From positions 18,602,001 to 18,666,000 of the forward strand of contig NC_045697.1 of NCBI RefSeq assembly GCF_009834535.1: a DNA stretch of 64,000 nt, written 5' to 3'. The DNA comes from Camelus ferus. Lineage: Eukaryota. This document shows positions 60,876 through 64,000 of this stretch, piece after piece. The notes beneath the pieces are model-generated. The model was not told the DNA's origin. It saw nothing but the letters and a program-made list of their open reading frames with translations, and ran no database searches. The translations under genes were made by a program, and so were the position numbers. Within the stretch, counting starts at the first letter, position 1. The number at the start of each line of letters is the position of its first letter.

Positions 60876-61933
60876 TTAGTGACAATTTGGGGGGTTACAA
60901 ATTAAATCATGTCCACAGTAAAATACCTAACAATTCAGAAGTATAAAAAATAAAGCCAGTGGATTTGTTCCCAGGTTTTGGCACTGAAAATAAAAATAAA
61001 ATGTAAAGCTGGTGGTATCAGTTTCCTAGCCTCAGAAACTGAGACTGTATACTGTAAACACAAGTTTTCTCAAAGTGGAGTTTGTGGAACCCTATGTTTC
61101 CACAGACACACTTTTTCTAAGTCTGTACATTTTCTTTATGAAATGAAATTTTGTACTTACATTTTGGAGATCATCTAAAATATAGTTTAGGCATTCTTTG
61201 GATCATCTGGATGACCAGCTTCTAACCAAGTATTGCCAACCAGCATTGGTACTCTTATTCCCTATTATATTTATGATTGCCATGATGCCAAGTCAAGGAG
61301 TAACACACAAAAATAGACACAAAGCTAGTAAGTTCGCTCCAATTGCAGTCCCAGTAACACGCACTGTAGGAATGAAGGTTTTTAAGTGGTTTGAATAGAG
61401 AAAAGTTGTGGAAGACCAGGATCATCACAGTAGGGAGAAACCGGATGAAAAGAATCTAACGGAGTAGTCAATTCCGTTCTCACAGTGAGGGTAGCCAGCT
61501 GCAGTGATGTGGACCACAGAATTTCTATAGTTTTGAATAGTTGCCTTTTAGTATAATTTTAAAATTTGTCTTGGGTTCTATCATTGCATGTGTAAAAACT
61601 GCAAGTATAAGGAGTTTGTAACTAGTTTTCTGTTCATACATTTTAAAGCCACGTTCTTTGGACTAAGTTAAATCAATAATACAATTTTATTCTCTATCAA
61701 AGGATTGCTCAAGTCTCAGAAACACTAACCTAGCAGGTAACTCGATGCAGAATTTCCAGGCCAGGGCCTTCAACATGGGAAAATATCAGCACAAACAACC
61801 ATACAGGCCTTTGGCTGGAGAACATCAGCTTTTGACCTTGAATGTGAATTTGAATATCCATGTTTCTCTAATCCAATCTCTATCAGAAAGACTGGGCCTA
61901 GGGACTAGGCTGGTTTTGCTTCCTAACCTGTTT

Positions 61934-62030
61934 CTACCACATTTGAGCCTCAGCTGCCTCTTCTTTAAACTAGAGATTAATAATAATACGAAACTTGCTA
62001 TCAGGATTATATTTAACATATTTAAAGCAT
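61934..62030 (+). repeat. Copy 1 of a ~100-bp local direct repeat (MIR-derived)
   Basis: Aligns to 63133-63233 with about 8 substitutions and 2 indels by manual alignment. Confidence 0.9.
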
Positions 62031-62719
62031 CTGGGGAATATTACCGGTGTTCAATGATAGCCACTGATATTACAGGGACATTTGACCTGTAGATTTTGAG
62101 GATGTTCCATGAGCTTTATGTCATGTTTAAGTTCTTTCCATACTTGGGAAAATATTTTAAACTGAGTAACCCAATATTATACATATAATCATAAAAGCTC
62201 TTAGATTGAAATCCAACTAATTGAATTTTTATCAACTTCTGGTTAGTTAGATAGTTTAGTATTTCAACCCTCCATGTTGGAAATATTTCTGAAGTCTGCC
62301 AATTCACTTTTTATCCAGTAAAATTTTGTAGATTTGCCTCAGCATCCCCAGTCAGACTAAAATCACTGAAATGTGAATGTCTACATGGGTATAAGTAATA
62401 AGGTGTCCATGAAATTGAACTAAATCTATCAGATCATAAACCAGAAGTTTATTTTTATATGTATGAAAATCTTGATACCTGCTTGCTTCCTTGTGATGGA
62501 TTTTTTTTCTATAATTGGAATATAATGAAGGAGAGATTCTTATCCCTCTGAGTTTAGAAATAGTAACCATATTTTAAACAATTATATGGTCTAAAGCAAG
62601 ACTGGTGCAAAATGATGATGTTTAAAGCTTTTGGAATTTTGCTTTACTTATAAATTCCATCTTTTCCCATATTAGTAAAAAGAATATTCAGAATAAGTTT
62701 GGGAAACATGCCTAATTGT

Positions 62720-63660
62720 TTCTTCTCTGAGCATCAGAATCTGTCCTGTTCTCCCCATTTCAAATGCAGCCATCTTGGTTCACATCATCCTGCACCAGAT
62801 GCACAGCATCCTAGCTGGTTTCCTAGCTCCCACCCTAGCCTCTTCCAATCCACTCTCCATACAAAATGTGAGATTGACCTTTCTTAACTGTAAATCAAAT
62901 CATGTCACCACCTGCTTAAGACTCTCCAATGGTTTCCACTGCATGAGGAATAAAATCCAGTCCTTGGCTGTGATGCATACAGCCCTACCTGATCTGTCCC
63001 ATGCTTCCGTCTCTCACCTCTACTCACACCACTGTTCCCCTTGTTCACTGTGCTGCAGCTCCGTGGGCTTTCTGTCTCCAGATACTCCAAATGCATTCCC
63101 ATGTTAGGGTCTTAGCACTTTCTGTCTTGGCACTACCACATTTGAACCTCAGCTCTTCTTTGAACTAGAGACTGATAATAATCTGAAACTTGCAAGTTTG
63201 CTATAAGGATTATATTTAACATTTTTAAAGCATTGAGACAGAAGAAGAAGGAGGAGGAGAGGAAAGGAAAGGGAAGGAGGGGGAGGGGAGAGGAGAAGGG
63301 GAAGAAGAAGGAGACAAGAGAAGAAAGGGAAGTTCTTTGCCTAGTCCTCTGCCTAAAACGCTCTGTTCCACAATCTGCACGGTTCCTTCCTTCTCTAACT
63401 CCTCAGAGACGTCTTCCCTCCCCACACACACCATCACTCTGCGTCCAATGCTCTATTTTATTTTCTCTTAAGTATTCAACACTCTGGTTTCATCTGTATC
63501 ATTTGTCGGGTAGCTGGCTTATGCTACAGCATCTCTCCCCCTAGAATGTAAGCTGCAGGAGTGTCCTGTCACTCAGTGCCTAATACGATGCCTATACATG
63601 GACGTCTCTCAATAACGTTGCTTGAATGAATGAATGAATGAATGAAAGAATGAATGAACA
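62720..63660 (+). mobile_element. L2 3' fragment with (GAAT)n tail, interrupted at ~63133-63330
   Basis: Contains cttccaatccactctccatac...aatcatgtcaccacctgcttaagactctccaatgg...ctagaatgtaagctgcagg...ttgaatgaatgaatgaatg. Confidence 0.85.
63133..63233 (+). repeat. Copy 2 of the local direct repeat, followed by a purine tract (63235-63330)
   Basis: Reads ctaccacatttgaacctcag...ggattatatttaacatttttaaagcat. Confidence 0.9.
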
Positions 63661-64000
63661 AATACCCAACTTCAGAAGTCACCTCAGTTCTAGTCCTGGC
63701 TTCTGAGTAATGGAATAACCTCTGGCAAATACTGAAACTCTTTGAACTTCGGCTTTCCCTAGAAATAATCAGTATGCTGGTCTAGATGGCCATTAAGGGC
63801 GCTCCCTATTCTATATGTTCATGGTTCATATTCAAATATTATTTCCAATTTCCCGTCCTTTTCTCCTCTCCTTCTCCTCCTCCTTCTTTTCTCTCTCTCT
63901 CCCTCCCTCTGCTCCTCCCTCTGTCAGCAGCAGCACTCCCTTGGATTCACCAGCAGTTCTAAACCAGTTGGAGACACTTTATGCCTAAACACAAACCTTT

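Overview
This is mammalian genomic DNA, not prokaryotic, so no operons or CRISPR arrays are expected or seen. The source is very probably a camelid (camel, llama or alpaca): it carries three tRNA-Ala-derived SINEs of the Vic-1 type and young L1 3' ends of a matching style. Most of the window is gene-poor sequence filled with ancient MIR, L2, MaLR (MLT1) and hAT fossils, overlaid by younger L1 fragments, SINEs and one ERV1-type solo LTR. No ORF in the supplied track looks like a real gene, and the only recognisable peptides are L1 ORF2 C-terminal remnants. The best gene signal is three frame-compatible minus-strand exon candidates (4562-4650, 3839-3858, 65-81) that splice to MKSHVSLNADHSLTW and run off the left edge. 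They lie about 1 kb downstream of a CpG-enriched cluster of NF-kB motifs, and I cannot name the gene. The clearest oddity is a TSD-flanked U6 snRNA/L1 chimeric retrocopy (22862-23129) whose U6 part lacks the 21 nt carrying the ACAGAGA box and AGC triad. Other observations include nested insertions with TSDs, a ~100-bp local duplication with a template-switch-like palindrome, and orphan CpG-rich patches. I see no convincing new multi-gene system. Repeat family names and boundaries were assigned by eye from remembered consensus sequences and are approximate unless TSDs are quoted.
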